This document shows positions 19,396-28,039 of a DNA stretch of 64,000 bases, piece by piece. The notes under the pieces are model-generated. The model saw only the letters and a program-made list of their open reading frames with translations. It did no database searches and was not told where the DNA came from. Position numbers and translations under genes: made by a program. Numbering within the stretch: position 1 is the first letter of the stretch; every line of letters begins with the position of its first letter. The stretch covers positions 10,322-74,321 of the IMG/VR virus record IMGVR_UViG_3300033120_001005, one strand, 5' to 3'. This stretch comes from a virus (lineage: Duplodnaviria; Caudoviricetes).

Positions 19396-19605
19396 ATGAA
19401 TACGTATGTTTTTGACATTAAACTGTCAACAAAAGGAGAAATTAAAGTCAGAGCCAAAAACAAAGCTGAAGCTAAAAGAATAGCTGAAGATGATTTTGGC
19501 GGATTAGCAAAAGATTTTCATACAAGCAATAGTTCTAATTCACCAGATGAATCAGGTGTTGTTACTTGGGAAATTGAAACACATTTAGAAACAAAAATAT
19601 TATGA
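19396..19605 (+). CDS. hypothetical protein
   Basis: I.V.AKNKAEAKRIAE pattern typical of small phage proteins. Confidence 0.55.
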   Translation: MNTYVFDIKLSTKGEIKVRAKNKAEAKRIAEDDFGGLAKDFHTSNSSNSPDESGVVTWEIETHLETKIL

Positions 19606-19829
19606 GCAATAACACTGAGGTAATTGTTAAATTACACAAGAAAAAAAAGAGTGAGTGGATTGAAAACGTTGATAAAGTTGTAAATTTTATTGACACTAAA
19701 AGCAATTTCATTTGCATTGAAAATGGTATCAAAGCGCACCCGGAACAATCAGATATTTCCATTGCTAAAAATGGAAAATTTGTATTTATTGGTACATTTG
19801 AGGACCTTATTAGTAAATTACAAGCATAA
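19602..19829 (+). CDS. hypothetical protein
   Basis: 75 aa, overlapping stop/start. Confidence 0.5.
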   Translation: MSNNTEVIVKLHKKKKSEWIENVDKVVNFIDTKSNFICIENGIKAHPEQSDISIAKNGKFVFIGTFEDLISKLQA

Positions 19830-19876
19830 CAATAAGTATAAATTATCAGAATAAACTCAAAAAAACAATTACAATT

Positions 19877-20251
19877 ATGTCAATTTTAAATTCAGAAAAC
19901 ACCGTAAACAACAAATTTATTAATTTATTATCAGCTGACAACAAAACTATCAAACAAGAACGTGCTATACGTTTGGCTAATGAAATAGAAGCTGAGGTTG
20001 ATACGCTTATTACTGAAAAGAAAAAAGCATTAAATACTATTAAATCTCAAATTGCAGATTTATGTGATTTAAGCCCTTCAAATTCATACAGCTTACGTCC
20101 AGGTTCAGATAAATTTAAACCTGAAGATTGGACTAGACAATTGTTTAATGCAAAATGTCAATTACGCATTGCAGAAATTGAATATGAAGAAGCAACTAAA
20201 ATTAAAACCGAATGGTTTACTACTCCTATCACTCCAGAAGTAAAAGGTTAA
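19877..20251 (+). CDS. helical hypothetical protein
   Basis: 124 aa with its own motif-bearing leader and terminator. Confidence 0.65.
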   Translation: MSILNSENTVNNKFINLLSADNKTIKQERAIRLANEIEAEVDTLITEKKKALNTIKSQIADLCDLSPSNSYSLRPGSDKFKPEDWTRQLFNAKCQLRIAEIEYEEATKIKTEWFTTPITPEVKG

Positions 20252-20257
20252 AAAAAC

Positions 20258-20286
20258 AAAAAGCAGGGTAAATCCCTGCTTTTTTT
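20258..20286 (+). terminator. intrinsic terminator
   Basis: GCAGGG-TAAAT-CCCTGC followed by a T run. Confidence 0.8.
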
Positions 20287-20355
20287 ATATCAGCAAAACA
20301 ATCAGAATATTTACATCAGAATAACACTAAATTATATAAAATCAAAATTACGATT

Positions 20356-21273
20356 ATGACAACAACAACTAATAACACAGCAGCATCTACAGTTAGAACT
20401 TCAAAAAATGATTATTTTGCAACTATTGAAGGTGCAAGAACTATTGAAAACCCTGAGTTTATAGAAATTTGGGTAAGACAAAAAGAAGGTTCATTTATTG
20501 ATAGAGTAGTTTGTTTGCCTGAGTTAAAATCTGATAGCCAAATCAGAATGAATATGGAACGTTGGAACTTTCAATTAGTGGCGCGTGTGTACGCAAAAAG
20601 CATTATTAGTATTACCTACAAAGGGTTTTATAATAGTGAAAAATCAGAACAAGATACAAGTACAGAAAAAAGAACTGGTTCAATTGGTTCGTTAATTTAT
20701 GGTAACGACATTGAAAAAAATGACCCTGATGCATTAGTTTTAAACGTATTCATGTTTAAAGCATACAATTTTGTAAATCAGAAAGATTCTGATGGTAATT
20801 ACATTAAAGATCAATCCGGTAAATACGCTCAAGTTCCCGTTGGTTACATTAACAATATTAGTTTTGATAATGCAGCTAATACAGAAATGACAGATAAACT
20901 ATTGTCATATAAATTATGCTGTTTACCATTAACTTTAATAATTAAAGATTTGGAAAAAATTGATATTTTGGTGTCAAAAACTGGTGGTGCCTTTACTGTT
21001 GGTAAAGAATACATGTATGCCAAAAAAGCTAAATTAGATGCTTACATAGCTTCTGTTAATACTGCAAATACAAACCCTGAACCAGAAGTTGTTGCAGAAA
21101 CAGTTTCAAATGAACAAAATGAAAATGTAGCAACGGAAACAAACAGTGTTGTTTTAAATGCAAATGTTGTTCCATTTTCAGAATTAAATCCTGAAGAATT
21201 TGCAGATGCTGTTGTTGTTCCAGAAATAACAAACAATTTTGATGATTCAGCTTCAGATGATTTACCGTTTTAA
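20356..21273 (+). CDS. putative single-stranded DNA-binding protein
   Basis: Beta-rich core, flexible acidic linker, C-terminal DDSASDDLPF typical of SSB tails. Confidence 0.5.
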   Translation: MTTTTNNTAASTVRTSKNDYFATIEGARTIENPEFIEIWVRQKEGSFIDRVVCLPELKSDSQIRMNMERWNFQLVARVYAKSIISITYKGFYNSEKSEQDTSTEKRTGSIGSLIYGNDIEKNDPDALVLNVFMFKAYNFVNQKDSDGNYIKDQSGKYAQVPVGYINNISFDNAANTEMTDKLLSYKLCCLPLTLIIKDLEKIDILVSKTGGAFTVGKEYMYAKKAKLDAYIASVNTANTNPEPEVVAETVSNEQNENVATETNSVVLNANVVPFSELNPEEFADAVVVPEITNNFDDSASDDLPF

Positions 21274-21284
21274 TTAAATTTACT

Positions 21285-21315
21285 AAAGCCCTCATTCAAA
21301 AGTTTGAGGGCTTTT
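21285..21315 (+). terminator. intrinsic terminator
   Basis: AAAGCCCTCA...TGAGGGCTTTT. Confidence 0.7.
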
Positions 21316-21447
21316 AACAATAAAATAATGGATAATTTAAAACCAAAAAAATGTACAAATAATAGTTGTACAATTGTTTTTTTTGTTCCAAATAATCAAC
21401 TTCACATGTTACTTATATGTCAAACATGCCAATCAAAAAATAATAAT

Positions 21448-21768
21448 ATGAAAATACTTAGATTATCATTACGCAAATTACCATTTGATGTAATGAAAAC
21501 GGGTGAAAAAAAACGTGAATTTAGAAAACCATCAAAATGGATAATGAGCCGTTTAGTTGATAAAAATGGTGAACCAAAGCATTATGATTATGTTGAGTTT
21601 ACTAATGGTTATGGAGCTGATAAACCTAAATTTATGGTTGAATACAAAGGATTTGAATTTTCCAAAACCTTACTTCCTACAGCATATAGTTACTCTAATG
21701 GTTTAAGTGTTATTGTTAATAATGGTGATGTAATAATTAAGTTAGGAGAATTATATGAAAAAAAGTAA
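21448..21768 (+). CDS. ASCH domain protein
   Basis: L.LRKLPFDVMKTGEKKREFRK...YDYVEFTNGY; start reassigned to ATG 21448. Confidence 0.7.
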   Translation: MKILRLSLRKLPFDVMKTGEKKREFRKPSKWIMSRLVDKNGEPKHYDYVEFTNGYGADKPKFMVEYKGFEFSKTLLPTAYSYSNGLSVIVNNGDVIIKLGELYEKK

Positions 21769-22009
21769 AAAAAAGAGGTTTCCTTCATCAAACCCTCAGC
21801 TAATTAACGTATTAAAAAGCGGCTGCATTATTACGTTTCCAAACAACTATTCATTAGTTCCTAATATAGAACAGAACAAACTACACCTAAAATATCCAAT
21901 AGGTTGGAGTTACAAAGATTACAGCCTTGATAAAGAAGGCTTAAAATCAGCAATAAAAGACCAGAAACAATTATTAATATCAGAACAAAACACTATCAAA
22001 AAAATGTAG
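21755..22009 (+). CDS. hypothetical protein
   Basis: 84 aa, tiled. Confidence 0.5.
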   Translation: MKKSKKKRFPSSNPQLINVLKSGCIITFPNNYSLVPNIEQNKLHLKYPIGWSYKDYSLDKEGLKSAIKDQKQLLISEQNTIKKM

Positions 22010-22011
22010 CC

Positions 22012-22371
22012 GTGGAAGAAACAAATGAGTTAAAACTTAAAGCTGGTAAACGTTACAAAATGCGTAATGGTTTTATTACTCCACCTTTAAAATATGTTGA
22101 TAATGGTACAAGGTATAATTTTGAGGTAAAAATTGGTATTTATTTTTACTCGTGGTTATATAATGGCAAAACCCTTACTCAAGCAATTGAACATAAACAT
22201 GATTTGATTGAAGAATTTAACGGATTGGAAAATTTAAATGACCAAAAATATCATTGCAACAATTGTAAACAACCATTTAATAAGCCAAAACTCATACATG
22301 ACAATGAAGATTATGAACATTGTCCACATTGTGAATCAGATGATTTTGATTTAATGCAAAAAAAAGTATAA
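22012..22371 (+). CDS. hypothetical protein with C-terminal zinc ribbon
   Basis: YHCNNC...HCPHCES; GTG start. Confidence 0.55.
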   Translation: MEETNELKLKAGKRYKMRNGFITPPLKYVDNGTRYNFEVKIGIYFYSWLYNGKTLTQAIEHKHDLIEEFNGLENLNDQKYHCNNCKQPFNKPKLIHDNEDYEHCPHCESDDFDLMQKKV

Positions 22372-22377
22372 ATTACT

Positions 22378-22408
22378 TTTGGAGTTTTAAATTTTAAAAT
22401 TATAATTG
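22378..22408 (+). promoter_or_regulatory. Bacteroidota sigma70-type promoter
   Basis: TTTG (22378-81), N19, TATAATTG (22401-08); one mismatch to TTTG-N19-21-TAnnTTTG. Confidence 0.55.
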
Positions 22409-22411
22409 CAG

Positions 22412-22556
22412 TGTTGATTTCATAAGTGCATGTATGAATAGACTTATTTTGATACATAAAATCAAGTATGCCATACTAGGTTTTTTAAGTATAAGTTATC
22501 ATTTATTTGATTACAAAATTAGCCTCTCAAATATGCACATTTGAGGGGCTTTTTTT
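22412..22556 (+). ncRNA. candidate small structured RNA or attenuated leader
   Basis: Promoter upstream, several hairpins, terminator at 22521-22556, no ORF in the track. Confidence 0.35.
22521..22556 (+). terminator. intrinsic terminator
   Basis: GCCTCTCAAAT...ATTTGAGGGGC followed by a T run. Confidence 0.75.
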
Positions 22557-22804
22557 ATGCCCGACAACATAAAGTTCCATAAGTCTGTGCTGAGCGTAAG
22601 CATCTGTTTTAGCAGTATCTACTATTCTTTTAAATGTCATGTCTGGATGAAACTTTTTCCGATGGCAGCCTTCGAACGATAACTCATAGAAAGTAAGAAA
22701 ACACCTACATAGGGGTAAGGGGAAACTTTTTCTCTTACCGTCTCACTCTAATCTTTAGAAAATTTATTTTCAATCAGAATAAAATAAAAAAAAATAAAAA
22801 AATC

Positions 22805-23176
22805 ATGGATTTAACTAACCAAGATGCCATAAAACAATCAAACATACTAATTGCTACATTTATGGGGCTTGAATGGATTGAAGAAATAAAAGAATTTCAA
22901 GACATAAAAAATCAAACTTTTTATAAAGAAGTTTTATATAATTCAGATTGGAATTTGTTAATACCTGTACTTGATAAAATAAAATCAATTGACATTACAC
23001 CAGCTCCTAATTGGAGTGGATATAGAATTGAAATAAACTATGGTAATTATGTTGAAATTAGTGGTTTTCCAATGAAAACAATTTTTTCTAATGCTTCTAT
23101 TCATAAAGGAACATTAAATGCCCTTTATATAGCTGTAGTTACATTTATAACAGAATACAATAAAACCCTTAAATAA
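22805..23176 (+). CDS. NinX/ABA-sandwich-like phage protein
   Basis: N.LIA.FMG...YNSDWNLLIPVLDKI pattern. Confidence 0.5.
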   Translation: MDLTNQDAIKQSNILIATFMGLEWIEEIKEFQDIKNQTFYKEVLYNSDWNLLIPVLDKIKSIDITPAPNWSGYRIEINYGNYVEISGFPMKTIFSNASIHKGTLNALYIAVVTFITEYNKTLK

Positions 23177-23177
23177 T

Positions 23178-23864
23178 ATGTTTGACTTTAATTATGGCCA
23201 ATTTAGAGCCGATGTCCTTGAAAAAACTGAAATTTTCACATCAGATAATGAAATTGAAGAAGCAACTGGTGTTAATATCAGAACATTTCTTGAGTTAAGA
23301 AAAAGAAAATTAAACCCTGATTGGAGAGTCCCTACACTAAGAAATTTTATTTTGCTTTGTAATTTTATGAATTACAATCCATCTAAATATTTTTTAGATT
23401 CTGAAAAAATTGTAGAAAATATCCAAATTCAAGCATTGAATAAAATTGGTACGTTTTACAATATTTCATTTGAAAAAGGTAAAAACTCACTTATTATTAT
23501 TACCCACCCTAACATAACTTTTGTTAAAGTTCAAATAGACGGTCAATTAATGATAGTAAATTACGTTCAATTAGTTGAAAAATTAAAAATAACAGAACAA
23601 ATTAATCATACGTTTTCTTACAGATTAAGCTTAATTTCTCCTAAGCCAAAAGACTTTTCTGTTATTACGGCCGATGATGACAATTTTCTAATCAGAAAAA
23701 AAATAACAGAAGAAACTGGATTTGAGTTTAAAACTCACCTACCAGAACAACCAAAAGAAGATGATTACGAAAAAAGCTCTTATGGTTTCTATTTGCACGA
23801 TTTAAATAATTACCGTTTAAAAACAAGAAACATAATTCAATCAGTAATTCTAATTAACTTTTAA
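23178..23864 (+). CDS. XRE-type HTH domain protein
   Basis: EIEEATGVNIRTF...PTLRNFILLCNFM N-terminal HTH-like segment. Confidence 0.5.
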   Translation: MFDFNYGQFRADVLEKTEIFTSDNEIEEATGVNIRTFLELRKRKLNPDWRVPTLRNFILLCNFMNYNPSKYFLDSEKIVENIQIQALNKIGTFYNISFEKGKNSLIIITHPNITFVKVQIDGQLMIVNYVQLVEKLKITEQINHTFSYRLSLISPKPKDFSVITADDDNFLIRKKITEETGFEFKTHLPEQPKEDDYEKSSYGFYLHDLNNYRLKTRNIIQSVILINF

Positions 23865-23866
23865 GT

Positions 23867-25765
23867 ATGTTTCATGATGAATTTTACCCTACACCACCTG
23901 CAATAGCAAAACGGGTGTTGCAAAAAGTAAATTGCCATGGTAAAAATGTATTAGATCCTAGTTGTGGTAAAGGTGACATGGTAAAAACCCTAACAAGTAG
24001 GGATTTTTATTTTGAGTTCGAAAAGAATGGACATGGAATGTTTGTTACACCAAGTAATGTTTTTGGAATTGAGTTAATTCCTGATTTACAAGAAATATCA
24101 AAATCACATGGAATACGTATTTTAGGTGACGATTTTTTTGATACAGAAATTGATTTTGCTATTGATGTTATTTACATGAACCCACCTTTTAGCAATGGAG
24201 ATAAACATTTATTAAGAGCCTGGGATATTGTGGCGCCCGGTGGTACAGTTGTTTGTTTGTTAAACTTAGAAACTATTACCAATCCTTACAGCAAAACAAG
24301 GCAAATGCTTAATAAAATCATTGTGGCCAATGGTAAAGTTGAGAATTGGGGCAAATGTTTTAAAGATGCAGAAAAAACAACAAATGTTGATGTAGCTTGT
24401 GTTATCCTAAACAAACCAGAAGAAAAAGAACGTTTTAAATACAAAGGTGATTTTGAGAAAGAAAAAAAAATTAACCTTGATTCTACCGATTTAACAGATA
24501 CAGGTGGATTAGTCAAAATGGATTTAATTGATGCTTTGGTTGATGCTTATAGTAGTTCAAAAATAGAATTTGAAAATTTGTTAATTCAACTTAGTAAAAC
24601 AAATACTATTACAAATGCATTTGCAAGGCCAAATGGTTCAGGTAATATAAATATACCTGAAATTCTTAAAAACTACTCACATAACCCACAAACTACTTAT
24701 AATACATTTTGCGCAGATTTAAAACGTAAGGCGTGGGCTTACATTATTGAAAAAACCAAAATTAGAGAAATTGCAACTAGCAAACTTAAAAGCGATTTAG
24801 ATAAATTTCTTAATGAGCAATCAGATATAGCTTTTAATAAAAAAAACATTACAGCTGTTGTTGAAATGCTTTATCTTAATGGTGGAACATACATGTATGG
24901 TGCATTAGTTGATGTATTTGATAAGTTATGTTCTTATGATGCAGAAAACAAAACTCATTGGGAAGGCTGGAAAACTAATGACAGCTACAAAGTAAATTAT
25001 AAAGTTATTTATCCCTGGGGTGTAACTTTTGACAAAACTTACAGTTCACGTCCTTGGAGTTTTAATCACAGAAATGGTTGTTTTTTTGATGATTTAGACA
25101 TTGCCCTATGTTTTGTATCAGGTAACAAAATTGATAATATTCATGGCACCGAAAAAGCTATCAGAAATGCTATTGAACGTTCTAATAACAATTACGCTAA
25201 TTCAACAAAAGGAGAATCTACATTTTTTGAGTTTCAATTTTATAAAAAAGGTACAATTCACCTTTGGTTTAAAGATGAAGAAACTTGGACTAGATTTAAT
25301 GTTATGGCAGCTGAGGGCAAACATTGGTTACCACCTAACGATGTAAAACAAAAAGAAGCTGAAGAATGCGAAGCTGTAAAACGTAAAAAAAACGCTGAAT
25401 ACTCATGGATTAAGCGTGAAAAAGAACAAAATAAAAGAGAAAAATACCTAAAAGAACAAGAAATTAACTTTAATCCCCCTAACACAAGAGGTACTGAATT
25501 ACTAAAAAACCTTCTTGAATATATCGATCTTAGCAAAAATGAATATGCTAATGTTATTATTGTTAATTATGAAAAATTTAAACTTGAAATACTCGATAAC
25601 AGCGGAAGTTTAAAGGTTCAAATCTTTGATAACAACAATGATTTATTAGACTACAAATATTTTGATATCAGAGACGATAAAGATAAATTAATAGAACCAG
25701 CAAAAATATCAGCACAAATCAATTTATTTATAGAGGAACAAAATTATGAAAACAATCCAAGTTAA
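23867..25765 (+). CDS. N6-adenine DNA methyltransferase with DUF4942 domain
   Basis: FYPTP, motif I LDPSCGKG, motif IV MNPPF, GWKTNDSYKVN and EFQFYKKGTIH DUF4942-type segments. Confidence 0.8.
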   Translation: MFHDEFYPTPPAIAKRVLQKVNCHGKNVLDPSCGKGDMVKTLTSRDFYFEFEKNGHGMFVTPSNVFGIELIPDLQEISKSHGIRILGDDFFDTEIDFAIDVIYMNPPFSNGDKHLLRAWDIVAPGGTVVCLLNLETITNPYSKTRQMLNKIIVANGKVENWGKCFKDAEKTTNVDVACVILNKPEEKERFKYKGDFEKEKKINLDSTDLTDTGGLVKMDLIDALVDAYSSSKIEFENLLIQLSKTNTITNAFARPNGSGNINIPEILKNYSHNPQTTYNTFCADLKRKAWAYIIEKTKIREIATSKLKSDLDKFLNEQSDIAFNKKNITAVVEMLYLNGGTYMYGALVDVFDKLCSYDAENKTHWEGWKTNDSYKVNYKVIYPWGVTFDKTYSSRPWSFNHRNGCFFDDLDIALCFVSGNKIDNIHGTEKAIRNAIERSNNNYANSTKGESTFFEFQFYKKGTIHLWFKDEETWTRFNVMAAEGKHWLPPNDVKQKEAEECEAVKRKKNAEYSWIKREKEQNKREKYLKEQEINFNPPNTRGTELLKNLLEYIDLSKNEYANVIIVNYEKFKLEILDNSGSLKVQIFDNNNDLLDYKYFDIRDDKDKLIEPAKISAQINLFIEEQNYENNPS

Positions 25766-26207
25766 AGCTGAAGAATTAGTTGCAAAGTTTAATGGTGAAA
25801 AAGCATCAAATTTAAATGTTGATTTTTTATCTTCTTTTGAGCAATGGCTTATTCTTCAATTATTCGAAGAAACAGAAAAACGACAACAAACAATAAACAA
25901 AGTTGCAGAGTTTGAATTTACAACTACTGATTTAGACTCACAAATTACTATTACGGATACATGCTGGATTACAATTCCTCTTGATCCAACTGTTGAGCCT
26001 AATTTTGAAAAAATTGAAAAAGCAATTCAAGAATATGTTGACACACAACATTCAATTACAACATTGTCAGGTAATACATGGCAAATTGATGGTTTTGAAA
26101 GAACTGGAGCCGCAAAACTTGTAAGTAAAACAAGAAAAGCTGATGTTATTTTTGAAAGAACAGAAGAATTTGCAAGCAAAAATTACCCACTAGTTAACGA
26201 AAGATAA
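25746..26207 (+). CDS. hypothetical protein
   Basis: 153 aa, tiled. Confidence 0.55.
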   Translation: MKTIQVKAEELVAKFNGEKASNLNVDFLSSFEQWLILQLFEETEKRQQTINKVAEFEFTTTDLDSQITITDTCWITIPLDPTVEPNFEKIEKAIQEYVDTQHSITTLSGNTWQIDGFERTGAAKLVSKTRKADVIFERTEEFASKNYPLVNER

Positions 26208-26208
26208 A

Positions 26209-26544
26209 ATGAGCAAAAAGAAAAAAAATGGAGCAATTACTTTAAAGCAATTCCTTCACAAAAAAAAGAACCCGGTTTATTACGATTTGTTTGAATACCA
26301 TCAGCAACAACCTCAAAAAGTAAAACGTATAATTAAAAAGTTTGAAAAAAAACTTATTAATGGTATGTCTTATAAAGAAGTTGCTTTGTTTTTAGATGAA
26401 TTAGAAAAAATCAACTATACTTTTGAATACGGACTTGATTCAGAACCCTATGCGTTAAGACATAAATCAATACCATTATACCAAGTTTATGGTTTTAATG
26501 ACAATGCTATTGTTGATTTTCCTAGTGATTTTTTTGATCTTTAA
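26209..26544 (+). CDS. hypothetical protein
   Basis: YTFEYGLDSEPYALR motif, common in Bacteroidota phage hypotheticals. Confidence 0.55.
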   Translation: MSKKKKNGAITLKQFLHKKKNPVYYDLFEYHQQQPQKVKRIIKKFEKKLINGMSYKEVALFLDELEKINYTFEYGLDSEPYALRHKSIPLYQVYGFNDNAIVDFPSDFFDL

Positions 26545-26545
26545 T

Positions 26546-27055
26546 ATGAAAATTGAACACACAAAAATTCTTGAGTTACTTCAAATTATTGAATTTAAAG
26601 TTGATGGAATTATTGATGCAGTTAGATGTGGTGATGATGGTCACATATTTTCATGTATGAGTATGCGTGATGAATTAACAGAAGAAATCAAATTGTGGAA
26701 AGCTACTAACATGGCAAAACAAATTGAAAAAGAATCAATATCAGAAAAATATATCAGATATCAAAAAGCATCAGAAAAACAAGACGTTGGCCTTACTTTA
26801 CAAGAAAGCCTAGAGTTATTAATGGCTAATTTATATTTTTGGTTAAAAAGAAAAATTAAAAATGACGATAATATAGGAAATGTTACAAAAAGTGACCTTA
26901 GTAATTATCTTCAAGCTTATATTGAAAATGACACCAAAATGAGCAATGATATGTATTTTGGTACATACATTTATTCAACATTTGAAGTTCTCAAAGATGT
27001 TGAAGAAGAAATAATTAAAATGAGAGCAAAAAACCCTCAAACAACACTTTTATAA
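26546..27055 (+). CDS. hypothetical protein
   Basis: Start reassigned to ATG 26546 (MKIEH), directly after the previous stop. Confidence 0.55.
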   Translation: MKIEHTKILELLQIIEFKVDGIIDAVRCGDDGHIFSCMSMRDELTEEIKLWKATNMAKQIEKESISEKYIRYQKASEKQDVGLTLQESLELLMANLYFWLKRKIKNDDNIGNVTKSDLSNYLQAYIENDTKMSNDMYFGTYIYSTFEVLKDVEEEIIKMRAKNPQTTLL

Positions 27056-27057
27056 TT

Positions 27058-27237
27058 ATGGCTTGGATAATTATTTTAAATTACAACGACAAATCTGCTA
27101 GTGTAGTTGAAGTTCCTGAGAATTTACAAGATGCTCAGGAATATTTAGAAAACAATCATGGTTTTATAGAATCATCTATGCATTACATGGATTTAGATAT
27201 TGATAAATCTATTGAGTTTATCCCTTTATTCCAGTAA
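27058..27237 (+). CDS. small hypothetical protein (59 aa)
   Basis: Not in the track; MAWIIILNYNDKSASVVEVPENLQDAQEYLENNHGF...IPLFQ fills the gap. Confidence 0.55.
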   Translation: MAWIIILNYNDKSASVVEVPENLQDAQEYLENNHGFIESSMHYMDLDIDKSIEFIPLFQ

Positions 27238-27257
27238 AATAATAACGTCAGCCCCTT

Positions 27258-27279
27258 TTTTGCCAATGCAATGTTAGTG
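27258..27279 (+). repeat. right half of an attC-like site (L'-spacer-R')
   Basis: TTTTGCCAAT-GCAAT-GTTAGTG; same L' and 5-nt spacing as the site at 27939-27960. Confidence 0.5.
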
Positions 27280-27733
27280 GCTGCCGTTTTCACAATAATG
27301 CCTTGAGCGGCTTTGTAAAACTCACAAAACAACAATATGTCAGGAGATGTAAAATTTGAAGGCACACAAGAAGAATGGGATGCCTTAGTAAAGAAAAACA
27401 ATGCCGATGCTTTGGCGAAACAAGATGCTTTTTTAGAACGCTTAATCAATGAAGAAAAAGAATTAGGCGAAAAAATTGTAGGCTTGAACAAAGGATTGCA
27501 AAGTGATGGTTTCGCTCAAAAAGTTGGCGATTACCAATTTGAGTTACTGAATTTACAGCATGGTGCTATGATTACTTATAGACGTGTTTTAATTATGAGA
27601 ATTAAAGACTTGACGAAGTAACTCATTGTGGTTCGTAGGATGCTCGGTGTCGGGTGTCCTACGGTTGCCACTAACCTTGCAGATACACGCTGTAAGCATT
27701 GGATTGAGGGGAGGGAATAGCGTGTATGTGCTG
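27274..27733 (+). mobile_element. integron-like gene cassette 1 (crAss001_48-like gene plus attC-like site)
   Basis: Starts G|TTAGTGGC and its R'' is GCCACTAAC, so circularisation gives a perfect 9-bp complement; single ORF; GC-rich flanks. Confidence 0.6.
27337..27621 (+). CDS. crAss001_48-related protein
   Basis: FLERLINEEKEL..KI..L...L.S..F......Q.ELL..Q..AM..Y..VL..RI pattern. Confidence 0.7.
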   Translation: MSGDVKFEGTQEEWDALVKKNNADALAKQDAFLERLINEEKELGEKIVGLNKGLQSDGFAQKVGDYQFELLNLQHGAMITYRRVLIMRIKDLTK

Positions 27734-27739
27734 TTAGCA
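27669..27739 (+). repeat. attC-like site (71 bp)
   Basis: CACTAAC...GCAGATACACGCT / AGCGTGTATGTGC...GTTAGCA imperfect palindrome, left arm 2 nt longer. Confidence 0.65.
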
Positions 27740-27954
27740 GATGTATTAAATTTATCAAAATGAAAAGAAGTTTTATTAAAGATTGCTTATTCTTTCAAAG
27801 CAAAGAACCGCTACACAAATTTTTAGGTGTGTTTGTTTGGTTAAACATTTTGCAAATGTGTTTAGCCATTATCAACTTGTGGTCAAAATATTTCCACTAA
27901 CAGCTTGACTGGCAAGAGCTCAAAACGAAGCATTTGAATTTTGCCAATCAAAAG
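27734..27954 (+). mobile_element. integron-like gene cassette 2
   Basis: Bounded by G|TTAGC and G|TTATA; one 46-aa ORF whose TAA lies inside R''. Confidence 0.5.
27760..27900 (+). CDS. 46-aa membrane peptide
   Basis: Not in the track; MKRSFIKDCLFFQSKEPLHKFLGVFVWLNILQMCLAIINLWSKYFH. Confidence 0.5.
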   Translation: MKRSFIKDCLFFQSKEPLHKFLGVFVWLNILQMCLAIINLWSKYFH

Positions 27955-27960
27955 TTATAA
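27895..27960 (+). repeat. attC-like site (66 bp)
   Basis: CACTAAC-AGCTT-GACTGGCA...TGCCAAT-CAAAA-GTTATAA; 7/5/8 and 7/5/7 box geometry plus inner TCAAA/TTTGA stem. Confidence 0.65.
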
Positions 27961-28039
27961 GTATTTAATCAGAAAAAAAACAAACAGTATAATAAAAGTT
28001 TAAATTATCAGTATAATCAAAAAATTATTATTTAAAATT

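Noticed and set aside
27258-27960. CRISPR mini-array or tRNA explanation for the GC-rich repeats
   Set aside because: The units are non-identical palindromes separated by whole ORFs; no constant repeat-spacer period and no cloverleaf or T-loop motif
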